NCBI RefSeq assembly: GCF_006345805.1 | Contig: NC_042997.1 | Coordinates: 29,388,001-29,452,000 of the forward strand | DNA: 64,000 nucleotides | Direction of reading: 5' to 3' | DNA from: Octopus sinensis | Lineage: Eukaryota | Notes under the pieces: model-generated | Told to the model about the DNA's origin: nothing | The model's input: only the letters and a program-made list of their open reading frames with translations | The model's database searches: none | Part shown: positions 39,729 through 53,580 of the stretch, piece after piece | How positions within the stretch are numbered: position 1 is the stretch's first letter | Layout of the letters: the number at the start of each line of letters is the position of its first letter | Position numbers and translations under genes: made by a program

Positions 39729-40328
39729 TACAGTGTACATTAAAACACATTAAGAGGCTTCCATCATAGGAATCAATTACACTAGAAAGAACAGTTAAAG
39801 TCCAAACCACTAATTAGGGAATAAATTCTCGAAGGGATTGAAATACATTTACCATCTAATTCTCGGACCATGGTTTCTGACTTCTTTTAGTAAATAAAAT
39901 TAGCGGGAATGCCTTAGATTAAATATAAAAACACCCTGATATTATTTCTTATGTATAATAATGTCTGGTAGATTCGTTCGAAGATTTTACCGGCATCCTC
40001 TTGTTGCCGGCAAAAAAGACTGCACTTGCACAGTGGATTAGAAAAAATTAAAATGTACAAGCAACGAGTCACATGCCGATTCGGCCTCGTTGTTTGTATA
40101 TTTAATATAAGGCATCCCCGCCGACGAAGACTTAATCTTAGTGAATAATAATTTTACTTACAAAAATATGTCAAAAACCATGGTCTGGGAATTAGATGGT
40201 AAATGTTTTTGCTTTTCATTCCCTTCGAGAATTTATTCTCTAATTAGTGTTTTGGACATTAACTGTTCTTTCTAGCGTAATGAATTCCTATGATGGAAGC
40301 CTCTTAATGTGTTTTAATGTACACTGTA
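39729..40328. repeat. Diverged inverted repeat (~210-240-bp arms) just upstream of the PLE ORF
   Basis: tacagtgtacattaaaacacattaagaggcttccatcatagg... is mirrored by ...cctatgatggaagcctcttaatgtgttttaatgtacactgta. The right arm has extra sequence containing CCGACGAAGAC...AGTGAA (40121-40145). Confidence 0.8.
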
Positions 40329-40501
40329 TTTTATATGAATAATATATAGTCTATTGACTAATTTTCTTGTACGCTAGGCCACTGGTAGTAAAAACTTCTA
40401 TAATTTTTATTACCCTGATATTATTTATTATGAAAATAACTATTTGAACATAACTACACCAACCATTTTTTAGACCTAACACACAGGAACAGGGATACAC
40501 G

Positions 40502-42677
40502 ATGGCAACGGACAAACAAAAGAAACCACAGGTAATTAAAATAATCAATCTCTCGAACAAAGAACTTACACCTAACGAAATAAGCATACTTTCCAAAGGA
40601 CTTAAATTTACACCAAACCCACAACGTTCTAATTACTATGAAATGAAAGATGATATTTCGGAATTTTGTAGGAAACTAAGACTTGGCGAGGAATTTCATG
40701 GCAAACAAATAAATGATGAATCAATAGCTATAAACAACAGCGATTACACCCCTACCAAGGGAAAGAATAAAGCATTAAACTGCTATTGTGACTACATAAC
40801 TAATTTCCCTTTTCAATTCACCAAGAAACAAAAAGCCAAAACTTTAACAAAAGAGAATGGAACGACCTCATCAAACTAAGAGAAGACAAAACAATAACAA
40901 TTAAGGAGGCAGATAAGGGCAACGTGGTAGTTTTAATGAATACAAATGATTATAAAAATTTAGTGCTATCCCTATTAAGAGATGAAGCATATTATGAAAG
41001 GGCCCAACATTATAATCAACACATACCGAGAAGGTCTCACGGACAAGGAGTACGAATACATCACTAACTTTAAGTGCAAATCAAGTTTGTTCTACGGTAT
41101 CCCTAAAGTCCACAAAAGCCAAATAATTAGTGAAACATGCAAAAATCTACCGATATACTCATCAAAATCCCGTCACCAAATGATCTTAAACTTAGACCGA
41201 TAATAGCAGGCCCAGCATGTGAAAACACCGCCTCAGCATTTTCTTAGACACACTTCTTAAACCTTTCCTAAAGCACATCAAAAGCTACGTAAGAGACGAT
41301 ATAGACATGCTTAACCACCTCCCAAAAACAGTCACTGAGAAAACCCTACTAGTATCCTTCGACGTAATTAACCTTTATTCAAACATCCCTCACACCCTAG
41401 GAATAGAAGCGATCACTTTCTGGCTAAACAACTTCTCCTTAGAACTCCCAACTCGCACAAATAAAGAACTTATAATGGGCTCGCGTACTGCGCCTTCTTT
41501 TGTCAACCTAGTGATGGGATACCTCGAGATAATACTCTACCAGAAAACACTCGAGAAATATGGAAACACTTTCTCCACCTATATCCAGAACAACTGGAAA
41601 AGATACCTCGACGACTGTTTCATCCTCTGGGATAAAAGTATAGAAAAACTTGAGGAATTTAAAATACATTTAAATGGAATAAATGATAATATTCAGTTCA
41701 CGATGGATCATAACGAAGAAGAATTGCCATTTTTAGACATCCTCATTAAGAAAGTCGACAACAAAATGGAGACAGATATCAATTATAAACCAAAAGACTC
41801 CAAGCAGTACCTACCCTTTCATTCATGCCACCCAAGACACACTAGAATAAATGTCCCTTTCTGTTTAGCTAGAAGGATTTGCACCATAATATCAGACACA
41901 AACACCCGACACACACGTCTCCAGGAACTTAGAACTACACTCATAAATAGAAATTATCCACAGCTCCTAATAGACAGTGCAATCCAACGAGCACTTAAAT
42001 TAAGTATAGAAGACCTGAGAAAGACAAAACCAAAAAAGAAAGAAAAATTAAAAACCCTTCCCTACATCTCTACACACAACCCACTTAACAATGAGGCCTT
42101 CAACACCATACTACAAAGCACAGCCCTACTAAAGGAAGACCCAAAGATGAACCGGATCCTCGAAACACACATCATCATTAAAAGTAAACGGAAACCAAAA
42201 TCCTTGAAAAAGATTTTAACCCAAGCTAAACTTCACTCAACATCAACCACAAAACCAGCAGTTAGAAAATGTGGAAAGCCCAACTGCGGAATCTGTGTCA
42301 TCTTGGTAGAAGGTTCAGAATTCTCATTAGAACAAGGCCATCAGTTTACTATCAGAACAAACTTCACCTGTGCATCAGAAAACTTAATTTACGTCTTAAC
42401 ATGCGCAGGTTGCAATAGGCAGTATATAGGCCATACAAAAAACAGCTTACGAAAAAGGATGGTGGTGCATAAATCCCAAATTAGAAATCCTGAATACCGG
42501 AAAATACCAGTCAGCGGACATATACATAGATGTGCTTCAAATAAAAATCCGAAATTTACAACTTGCCCACTTTACAAATTCAGTGACAGCGTAACCTTCA
42601 CTCGACGCCAAAATAAAGAACTTTATTTCATTAAAAAATTCGGACCAAGTTTGAACACCCTGGGCCAGGAATATTAA
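40502..42677 (+). mobile_element. Penelope-like retroelement (Neptune-like), RT plus GIY-YIG, frameshifted and internally deleted
   Basis: IINLSNKELT..E..ILSKGLKF, KEADKG, FYGIPKVHK, VSFDVINLYSNIP, MGSRTAP, WKRYLDDCF, linker CGKPNCGIC, LIYVLTCAGCNRQYIGHT. Confidence 0.93.
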
Positions 42678-43257
42678 AACAATACATTGGTCTTCCGAAA
42701 AGAAAATGGAATTCTACCACAACCACCACGATCACTACAACTGCTTCCACTATCACTGCTACTACAACCACCATGGTCACTACTATTACTACTACGATCA
42801 ACAGTCCTCCACTACTGCTGCTGCTGTTACTGCCACAGCTTAATTGCTGCAACCCCAACCACCACCACGGTTACCACTACTACGACCAACAGTCACTGCT
42901 ACTACTGCCTTTGCAGCCACTGGTCATTCTGCTGCTGCTACTACTGCCACAGCTAAGCCGCTACAACCAATGAGCTGCTGCAACCCCAATCACCACCACG
43001 GTTACTACTACTTCGACCAACAGTCACTGCTGCTACTACCATTTCAGTCGCAGGTCATTCGAACACAAGACAGCTAAAAAACAACAAGGTGGATCCTGTT
43101 GAGACCAGTAAGAAACAATTATGAACTTTTTTATTACACTCAACTTGAAAGGTATAGCTATTATACCTACTACCGGCAAAACACCACTTCATGGATTCTA
43201 TTGAGGCCAGTAAGAAACAATTATGAACTTTTCTATTACACTTAACTTTTTAAAATA

Positions 43258-43300
43258 TTTTTGATAAGGTTCGTTTTTTCAAGAACCGAAACATGTAAAA
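43258..43300 (+). ncRNA. Degenerate hammerhead motif in the PLE 3' region
   Basis: TTT-TTGATAA-GGTTC-(loop)-GAACC-GAAAC-AT-GTA-AAA. Stem II is perfect, ACATGT is palindromic, and the core has two mutations relative to CTGATGA. Confidence 0.5.
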
Positions 43301-43784
43301 TTTCTAAGAAAATTAAAATTTATTTAACATAGTGGCATTTTCAAACTTCTTTTCTACAAATATATATATATATATATAGATATATATATATATATATACT
43401 ACCATCTAAGCCCGGTTTCCCCCGGTCTGTTTGGTTGATGAGGTTGTGATCGTATTGGGTTAGGCATAATCTACAACACCGTTTCTCAACCTTATCATTT
43501 CAGGTCCCCTATTTCGATTGGAGCCTCCAGCTGTATGAAATTTTTTTTGACTCTTCCCCGCCCTAGTCAGAAAACAGCTTCAGGAGTTGTGAAGAACGAA
43601 TTTGTATATAGTCTGATTCTGAGAGCTATTCTATTGGACCTCTGTCTAATCATTAAAACATTGATTTAATTATGAACATAGAAATAACTTATACATTAAT
43701 CCCTAATTTTGTAAGCAGTTGTATCCGTAAATATTTTATTTGCACAGAGCAGAACTTGAAAGTAGATATATGAAATGGGCGTGA

Positions 43785-43838
<54 letters not shown>

Positions 43839-44394
43839 ATGTGTGTGTGTGTGCATGTGGGCATGCTTGCACGTGTGTATGATTACGTTAGTTGATTTAT
43901 GGAAAAGATTATGTTAAATTTTTGAAAATGAAAATATATGAAAGACAATTGCGTTCAGACCTCTACAAGATAGATAGACCTGGTAGAAATATCAGCCAAA
44001 TCTCCCTCAAAACACCCTAATATCTTAATCCAACAATTCTGCCTATTATGTAGTTTTAATGAGAAACTGTAACTAAAAGTTTAAGATTATTTACCCCACA
44101 AAGTGAGACAACATAGCGAAAGTTTTGGCTGATTGTCATCCAGTACTCCCTTGTTGCTAGCGAAATGGTATATGCTGGCTGTGTGAGCAACTGGTTGGTT
44201 TACGGGCGGAACATTCCATTAGAAAGGTTTTAATCGATTTTCTCGGTCATTATGGGGGCTGTGGAAAAATACAACCCGCATTCCAATCTATGCTCGAGTC
44301 TCCACATGTGTGCCATTTTTCACGCGAATCCACCAAGTCGTTTGGCTGTGAACCTCAAGACAAGAAAGAATACAACGATCACCCATGTCCAATT

Positions 44395-44455
<61 letters not shown>

Positions 44456-44855
44456 TAAAGAGAGAGACACAGAGGAATATATGCCTACAGAACTACACAC
44501 ATATGAAAATACTATATCTATCTGTGTATATATATTTCGCTCTCATTCTGCGTCCTTTTCAATGTGTATGTATGTATGTATGTATGTTTGTATGTATGTA
44601 CATATAAATATATATGTACGGGTATGTAAGTATACATATATGCGTACGTACACACTCATTCATATACATGTGCTAAACATATAGCGGCATACATTTTTGC
44701 AGAGAATAATAGGGATCTAAAATTTGAATATAATATGCACATGTATAAATCTATATCCTTGAGTCTAAGTATTTATGAATACTTGTAAGTTTATGTACGT
44801 CTGATATGCATTTAAATATATACGTTAGTATATAAACATTAATATGCATAGTACA

Positions 44856-44887
<32 letters not shown>

Positions 44888-45544
44888 ATGCTTAATATAC
44901 ATATAAAAATAAAATATTCAATTTTCTGTAATATCTCTCCTGAAACTACATTTTATTTACATGGTTATGGAACTAATATATTTGTAATATGTCTATACTT
45001 CTCTCATGAGGTTATCTTCACTGTACTCATCTACATGTAGTAATATTTTTCATTAGCCCTTTCAGATTATTCTTTGAAATCCTACGTATTAGTGGAACTG
45101 TATCACATTTGCACAGTACGTATGAAAAATTCACACACACACATATGTTAATATATATATATATATTCACATAGATACATACATATATACTTGTTAATAT
45201 CAATAAATATATATTTATATCTGCCTATAAACTTTGTTTATAGACATAGAAACTTATTTACATATGTGAGTATGTTTATTCGTGTGTAATATTCTAATAT
45301 TAATTTTTATATTTAGTATATTTCTCTCGATAATCGCTCAGTACATTTGGCTATATCAGACACACACGAATAGTTTATAGCAAAAATCTTCATTCAAATA
45401 TCTACAAAAAACTGTGGATGTAGGATTGCAGGATATTCTGTCTCTTTGATGTAAGGAACTTTCTGGTCTCTTGTGACAGATATTATTATTCTTTATGTTC
45501 CTTCATTTGTGAATATACAGCTGGAATGTTATTTACTCACATGA

Positions 45545-45715
45545 TCTCTACATTATTTACGTTATCTAAATTTGACGATATTTGTCCTCATTGTGTTTGT
45601 TCTTAATAGAACGTTTCGGCTGATACACCTTCCAGTCTTCATCAGGTGTCTTGGGGAAATTTTGAACCTGGGTTCTCATACCTAAGGTATTTTCGATGTT
45701 GTTGTTGTTGTTGTT

Positions 45716-45746
<31 letters not shown>

Positions 45747-45758
45747 TTATTATTATTA

Positions 45759-45826
<68 letters not shown>

Positions 45827-46037
45827 GTTTGACTTTTGCTTCATATTTGTACAAGTTGGCTCCAAGTCTCACTCAGAGACCTCAAGAGACAACAGGTTGG
45901 AAGTTCGTATTGTTGTTATGCCTCGTATGCCATATATTTGGTTTTGTATTTAGTGTTGTACTAGTGAATGCATAAAAAAAAGAAAATTATGTTTGTTTTA
46001 AAACTTGAGATTACATAGAAAGTATTTTGTGTATATC

Positions 46038-46102
<65 letters not shown>

Positions 46103-46390
46103 CATCATCATCATCCTCAACATCATAATCATCGTCATTATTATTATTATTATTTAGGTCACTGCCTGGAGTGGAACTGGGAATCTTGGGGTTAGTGGCC
46201 CGCGCTCTTAACTCCTACGCCATTTGCGAAAAATACCTTAGGAATGAGAACCGAGGTACAAACTTTCCGCAAGACATCTGCTGAAGGCTGGAGGGTATAT
46301 CAGCCGAAACGTTGTACTAACAACAAAGACGATGGGGGCAAATATCCGTCAAATGTAAATAATGTAAATAATGTACACAATTCCACATCT
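45545..46390. mobile_element. tRNA-like head, microsatellite and hammerhead tail (-), fused head-to-head with an inverted hammerhead tail (+)
   Basis: Head at 46158-46225 (-). Hammerhead motifs at 45605-45650 (-) and 46273-46318 (+). About 150-bp tails are mutually inverted and match 24355-24480. Confidence 0.75.
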
Positions 46391-47434
46391 CTTAAATATA
46401 GAACTGTCCCATGATCTCTGTCGCGCTTTTTCTGAAAGATGAAACAATTCAGAGGCTAATTACAGAAATACTGAAAGGAACGATGGGTCTTGCATATTAG
46501 AGCTCACTTATTATATTCAACTTTTATTCCCTCAATGCACACTATGATCAGTGCATCATCTGCATTGTGTTGAAAATATACAGGCATCATTACCCAAGTT
46601 TATATATTGTCCAAGTTAAGTACGAATTTTACACTAATGAGACTGACATAATATAGACACGTTGCAACAAAACTAATTTATCTCAAAAGACCCGGATTTA
46701 TTTAATGGTATATTTATAAAAATCGTCGAAGGAAAATGGCAGATGAATATTTCCTGCAAGTAAGACACGAGAAATGCCCTATAACTGGACAATTTTGAAC
46801 ACGAACACATCCTTAACTCAGTTCTTAGTATTAACACAATGCATGACTTACTTATGGCTCCAGAAATTTAATTTCTATTATTTGGGACAGAGATTCTGCT
46901 GCCACTAGTTACATTTAAACACATATAAATACGTACATACACAGACATACAGACATACACACACACGCACACACAAGAAACAATCAGTAGTTAATATTTA
47001 AAATTATACTATCATAATAAATTTGATTTTAAGTGTAGAAGAAGAAATGTATTGTGAGCAATTTAGACTTCAATGCCTTCCGGGGACAAGACGTTTAATC
47101 CGATACTGCAGAATCGCCGACGAGAATGTATACAATTTGATTCACTGCCGATTTTGGCTCGAGAGAACGCATATTCTGTGGAAGAATACATACAAAAGCG
47201 CACTACCATATGACAGGTGTACATTCCCATGACTGACGCACACCTATCATACGCCATCAGCATTAGATAATTTGCAGTGTATAATTGCTAACACTGCTGC
47301 ACTCAAAAATATGTGACATAACAGATGTACAGGTCTCGCTGGCAATAGGTACAATCCGTCCTCAATTTAAATACATACATATATAGATATTTTCAGGATT
47401 AAATAAAAATACATGAAACACAAAATATAACCTA

Positions 47435-47498
<64 letters not shown>

Positions 47499-47564
47499 AC
47501 ACATATAAAACTAACAGCAGAAATCGAAGCAATTCAGAGAAGCTACACAAAGAAAATCGTCTCA

Positions 47565-48183
<619 letters not shown>

Positions 48184-49079
48184 ATTGCAGCGTGGAAGGT
48201 GTTTGTATACCATTTAAGAAACACACAAGAGCCGTTCGATTCACTTCAACATTTAAGTTTAATTTGTCAAAATATTTTCGTCGCTAAAATTCGCGACCTG
48301 TTCACTGACAAAAGTCCATGCTGCATCTGAGAAAGTAACAGTTAGTTCGTCATATATATGTACGTATGTATGTGTGTATGTATGCATACACACATGTATG
48401 CATGCATGTATGTATGTATGTATGTATGTATGTATGTATGTACGTATGTATGCATGTACGTACATACGCCTCTGTATGCATGTATGTATGTATGTATGTA
48501 TATACGTATGTGTGTGTATATGCACGCACATACACACTATAAACATAAAGCTATAAACCTGTGGATAGATGTAGAGTGACCACTCATCACAATAATATCA
48601 AATTTCAACTTCCCCCGCCGAAACCAGGTAGTTATTTACGACCCTCACTCCCAAAACTACACCCTAAAACCTATTATCACATATTTATCTCTATATCACA
48701 GAACTTTTGTTTTACTATTGTGCGTATGTATGTATGTATGTGCGTATGTATGTATGTATGTATGTATGTATGTATGTATGTGTGTATGTACATACGTACG
48801 CATGTGCGTATGTATACGCGCACGTATGCATGTGCCCATGTATGTGTGTGCGGACATGTACGTGCGTATGTACGTGTGTATGCCCATACGTAGGTATGTA
48901 TGTATGTTTGTACTCATGTGCTACGTATGTATGTGAGTGTCTAGGAGAATGGGCAGATGTGTCTGTGAGAGTGTGTACGTGTGTATGTGTATGTGAACGT
49001 ATGTCCGTGTACTGGCATGTGTCCGTCCAAGTTGTGTACATGACAGTTACTTTGTTGAAGGTTGCATACATACTCACAC

Positions 49080-50225
49080 ATATGTCAATATGTGCACTAA
49101 GTGCTATTTTTCTGTATTCCTGTATTTTTATTTGGGATCTATGGACAGTCATGCGTTGGCGGAGGCTATTTTTAGTTTTGCCTATGTAGTGTTCATTACA
49201 GCCCGAGCAAGTTAAGACATATACTAGGTTTTCTGATGCGCATGTGAAGTTGTGTTTTACTGTGAAACGTTGTCCTTGTTTAAAAAGGAATTCCGGACCT
49301 TCTATTAGGTTGATGCATATACCACAGTTGGGTCTATTGCATTTGTTTACTGTGGGTTTAGTTGTTGTGGTTGGCAGTACTTTGGCATTTGTTAGGATGG
49401 TTTTCAATGATTTTGGTTGCCTTTTGCTCTTTATGATTTCGCGTGTTAGGAGGATTTGGTTCATTCTATGGTCCTTTTTTAATACAGGAATGTTCTGGAG
49501 GATGGTGTCAAAAGCTTCATTGTTGAGGGGGTTGTGTGTAGAGATGTATGGTAGAGTATGGGGTTTCGATGTAACAGGTTTAGGGCGTCTAAGTTCCTGT
49601 GTGCTGAGTTTTAGGGCGCGTTGGATCCCATTGTCAATTAGTGACGTGGGGTAATCCCTGCTTGTTAATGTGTCCTTAAGTTCTTGTAGACGTAAGAGAC
49701 GGGTGTTTTTATTGGAGACTATAGTGAAAATTCTCTTGGCTAAGTTGTAGGGAATGTTAATTTTAACGTGTCTAGGGTGGCATGAATTGAAAGGGAGGTA
49801 TTGCTTGGAGTCTGTGGGCTTGTAGTATATGTCTGTTTCTATTTTTTTGTTGTGAATTTTATTGAGGATGTCGAGGAAGGGAATTTGTTGAGGGCGGTAT
49901 TCCATTGTGAAAATAATGTTTGTGTTGAGCCCATTTATAAGGGTGTGAAATTCTTTAAGCTTCTCGATGGTTTCGGGCCAAAGGATGAAGCAGTCATCAA
50001 GATATCTCTTCCAGTTCTTCTCTATGTGTGTGTGGAGAGTGGTGCCAAATTGGTTAAGAACGTTATTATAGAGGGTGATTTCCAGGTATCCCATGACTAG
50101 GTTGGCGTAAGTGGGAGCTGTTTTCGTCCCCATTGCCGTCCCTGATTTCTCTCTGTAGAATTTGTTGTTGAAGGTGAAGAAATTATTCTCTAAGATGAAT
50201 TTGAGTCCTTCTAAAATAAATTCAA
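49080..50225 (-). mobile_element. Penelope-like element fragment (RT to GIY-YIG), same family as 40502-42677
   Basis: ILENNFFTFNNKFYREKSGTAMGTKTAP, WKRYLDDCF, CNRPNCGIC, LVYVLTCSGCNEHYIGKT. Truncated at both ends. Confidence 0.92.
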
Positions 50226-50368
50226 GCGGAAAATACTTAACTACGCGCTAAAAAGCTATTCAAAATATCCACATGACGTCTACTGACCAGCCTGAACAAT
50301 AAGAATTTTCAACAACGCTATTTTCGAAAACTCCATACACCACCTGCACCAACATACATTCTAAACAT

Positions 50369-50580
50369 TCACGTGACCTCTCTATTATGACCACATTCAC
50401 GTGACCTCTTTATTATGACCAATAAGAAATTTTAGGCGCGATACCAGCCACATTTTAACATCTCTGGAGTCTATTTTCTTACCCCAACACCAACTTCCAT
50501 TCAAACATTCACGTGACCCCTTTATAATGACCAATCAAAATTGTATTGACCATTGTCCACAAGAAATTTTAGGCGCGAAA
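50369..50580. promoter_or_regulatory. Duplicated motif cluster: 3x TCACGTGAC E-box, 2x CCAAT, 2x TTTTAGGCGCGA (E2F-like)
   Basis: E-boxes at 50369, 50397, 50509. CCAAT at 50419 and 50531. GGCGCG motifs at 50430-50441 and 50567-50580. Function is inferred only. Confidence 0.35.
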
Positions 50581-51048
50581 CCAAGCAAATCTTAAACAAC
50601 TCTGCAGCCTTTTTTTTCACATATAAGAGACAGCAAACCCAACATAAAGTCAGATAAGAGGAAAAAAATCAATCAGAAAGGAACTCTATCTCACTCAAAA
50701 TATCTTTTGATAAGCATAACAAATGTGCAACCGGTAAACTCTTACATTTTTTTCTTCTACACTGAAATCTGACATTGAAATTTTCCTCAAAAAACTGTAT
50801 ATTACACGCTTTTACTAAATATCTTATTCTGAAACAGAACACTGTAAAAGACTCTTACTTTTTTCTTATACACTGAAATCATTCACAAAAAATGAACATT
50901 GTATTCTAACCCAATTTTTCTCTTTTTTTGTTTAAAAAAAGAACTTTCACCTAATTAAATACACTCTCCCTTACTTAAATTATTTTGTCAGCATTTTCTT
51001 CATTTCCTTTTTTTTATATATCACAACTCGTGTTCCACATCTCCTTTT

Positions 51049-51101
<53 letters not shown>

Positions 51102-51109
51102 GATGGATT

Positions 51110-51240
51110 CCTTAGAGTTTCCGTCTACCAAACCAAATCACAAGTCGATCCAAGGCTATAGTAGAAGGCACTTGCACAAGATGCCACAGAGTGGGACTGA
51201 ACCCGGAACCATGTGGTAGCGAGGAAAGCGTCTTACCATG
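51110..51240 (-). mobile_element. Family A SINE 5' fragment
   Basis: gtttccgtctaccaaa...gtgggactgaacccggaaccatgtgg, as in 21310-21425. Confidence 0.8.
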
Positions 51241-51639
51241 CATCTACATATTCACTCACACACACACACAGATAGACAGATAGATACATATATACATACA
51301 TGAGAAACAATCCGACCGATTTCATGTTTAAGATTATCAACAACGTTGCTGGAGAGCACATGGAATTATGTGTTGTTAATTACTGGAATATTTATACTCT
51401 TATACACATAGCCTCTATTACTCTTTAAAACCACCTTGGAGAAATCCACAGAGAACAAAGTTACGAAAATGCTAAACATAAACAACCATATTTGATTGTT
51501 AACTACAATAGTAAAATGTAAAGAGAAAAATGTGTTTAACTCTACGTTAACAAAAATTAATGAAATTTTATGGCAACTCTTAACACCGACCTCTTGAAGT
51601 AAAGCTAATCACTTTAAAACATAAACTGAGGACGAACTT

Positions 51640-52472
51640 TTGAGCGAACCAGTACCAAAAAGTACCCCACCATGATTTTTTGCCCAAAATTATAAAGCGT
51701 GAGCAAATTCCGCATGATTATTAGATGGCCCTCCTTTTTGAGCATGCACAAAAGTTTTCTTGTCTGTGGATTGCGCCATTCGTCCGTAGAGACGCGTTGA
51801 GCACAGACGAAAAGAGTGTTGTCCGATTTATCTTTTTCAGTCAAGATGGCCGAACGCATTGAACAAAGATATTTTATCAAATTCTGCCAAAATATTGGTG
51901 ATACGCAAGCCGAGACTATCGAGAAAATTTAGATGCTATGGGGAAAACGCAAATAAAGGACTGGTACAACCGGTTTAAAATGGCAGCACGTTAGTGGATA
52001 GTGAGCTAAGTTGTGGCCAGACAATTAAAAAGGAATAATACCAGGGAGTTTTTCGTCGTCTTGTGAAGCTATGCGGCGAGAACGACTCCACCTGTAAGCA
52101 TGAAAGAAGTAACAAATCTTTCATGACAACGCACCCGCTCATTCAAGCATTCCTCGAGAATCAAAACACACCACTTGTTCGTTAGCCTTCATACTACCCA
52201 GACTTGGCTCCGTGTGACTTTTGGTTTCTCCCAAAGCTCAAAAAACAATCAAAGGAAGTGGATTTGATTCAACAGAGGGCATGAAGCAAACTTCGACGCC
52301 ACAGTTATACAGCATCCCAAAAAGTGATTTCCAGAAATATCTGCAGCAGTGGCAGAAAAGCTAACAGAAGTGTGTACACTCCCCAAAATACTTTGAAGGA
52401 GAATAAATGAGAATTGTGGGTTTTTGAATATTATTCCTCTCGCCAAAAATCGGATACTTTTTGATTACATAC
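51640..52472 (+). mobile_element. Internally deleted mariner transposon
   Basis: MAERIEQRYFIKFCQ (51848), HDNAPAH, YPDLAPCDFWFLPKLK, YFEGE* (52400). The right end is AAAATCGGATACTTTTTGATTACATACG followed by TA. The left TIR is degenerate, so the start is approximate. Confidence 0.85.
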
Positions 52473-52778
52473 GTACATATATATATATATATATATATAT
52501 ATGCATGTGTGTATGAGTGGATGTCTTTATATATATATATATATTATATAATACATATATATATATATACACACATAAATATATGTGTATATGTGTGTGT
52601 ACTTATATATGTGTGCGTGTTTGTATGCGTTTCTTTATATGTATATATAGTCAATAAGTAACATTCTGAGAAGTAGTAATGCTGAAATGATTTGAAGATT
52701 TTGTGGAACATAAAATTTGTGCAATAAGGAATCACCATAAGAGAGATCCAGATGAGCTGATATGGAGAAAGTGATGCA

Positions 52779-52854
<76 letters not shown>

Positions 52855-53580
52855 GTACATGTGTTTATATATGTACATGTGTTTGTCTCCTCATCACCGT
52901 TTGACTAAAGGTGTAGGTGTGTTTACGTCCCTGTAACACTAGCAGTTCGGCAAAAACAATGTGATATTAGTAGTAAGCTTAAGAAATAAGTCCTGGTGGT
53001 GTTTTGTTTGACTGTAACTCTTCAAGATGGTAACTCGACATAGCCTCAGTCGGCTGCCTGAAAGAAGTAATAGGAAAAAGAATAAATACCTATGTAATAT
53101 TATGTGAAAGTTGTAGTGATGGCAGATGGAGTTTGGGATTTTTTAAATCCTAATTACCAATCTTTCCACTATGAAGACGGAGACCATGTTCTTGGTACTG
53201 TTTCATATTCATCCTCAACTGGCTGCATTTCCTTGACTTTTTGCAATCCATCTCCAATATTACAATTCTAACGTTATTCCCAACCCGGCAAAACTGTTGT
53301 CGGATATGATATACCATGGTCTATTCTCTTAATTGACTGTATTTCTTGTACTTTAGGCAAATTTGATCTGTAAGATATATAAATATCTATATAAATATAC
53401 AATTGTGCGTATCATCTGAATATATTCATTCTTTATTTCTCTTTATATACCCCTATATATATATTTACATGTGTATATGTAGGCATGTATATTCCCAAGT
53501 TCACGCATGTTCATTTGTATCAATATCTGCATATATAGTGATATAGATAGACTAAATATAGAGATACTCTAATGAGAATA

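Noticed and set aside
48715-49080. C-terminal ~120 aa of the 472-aa ORF
   Set aside because: Read-through from the truncated PLE into (TATG)n/(CA)n microsatellite, not protein.
53255-53263. CAATATTAC matching the CRESS nonanucleotide NANTATTAC
   Set aside because: No flanking stem-loop, and such a match is expected by chance in AT-rich DNA.
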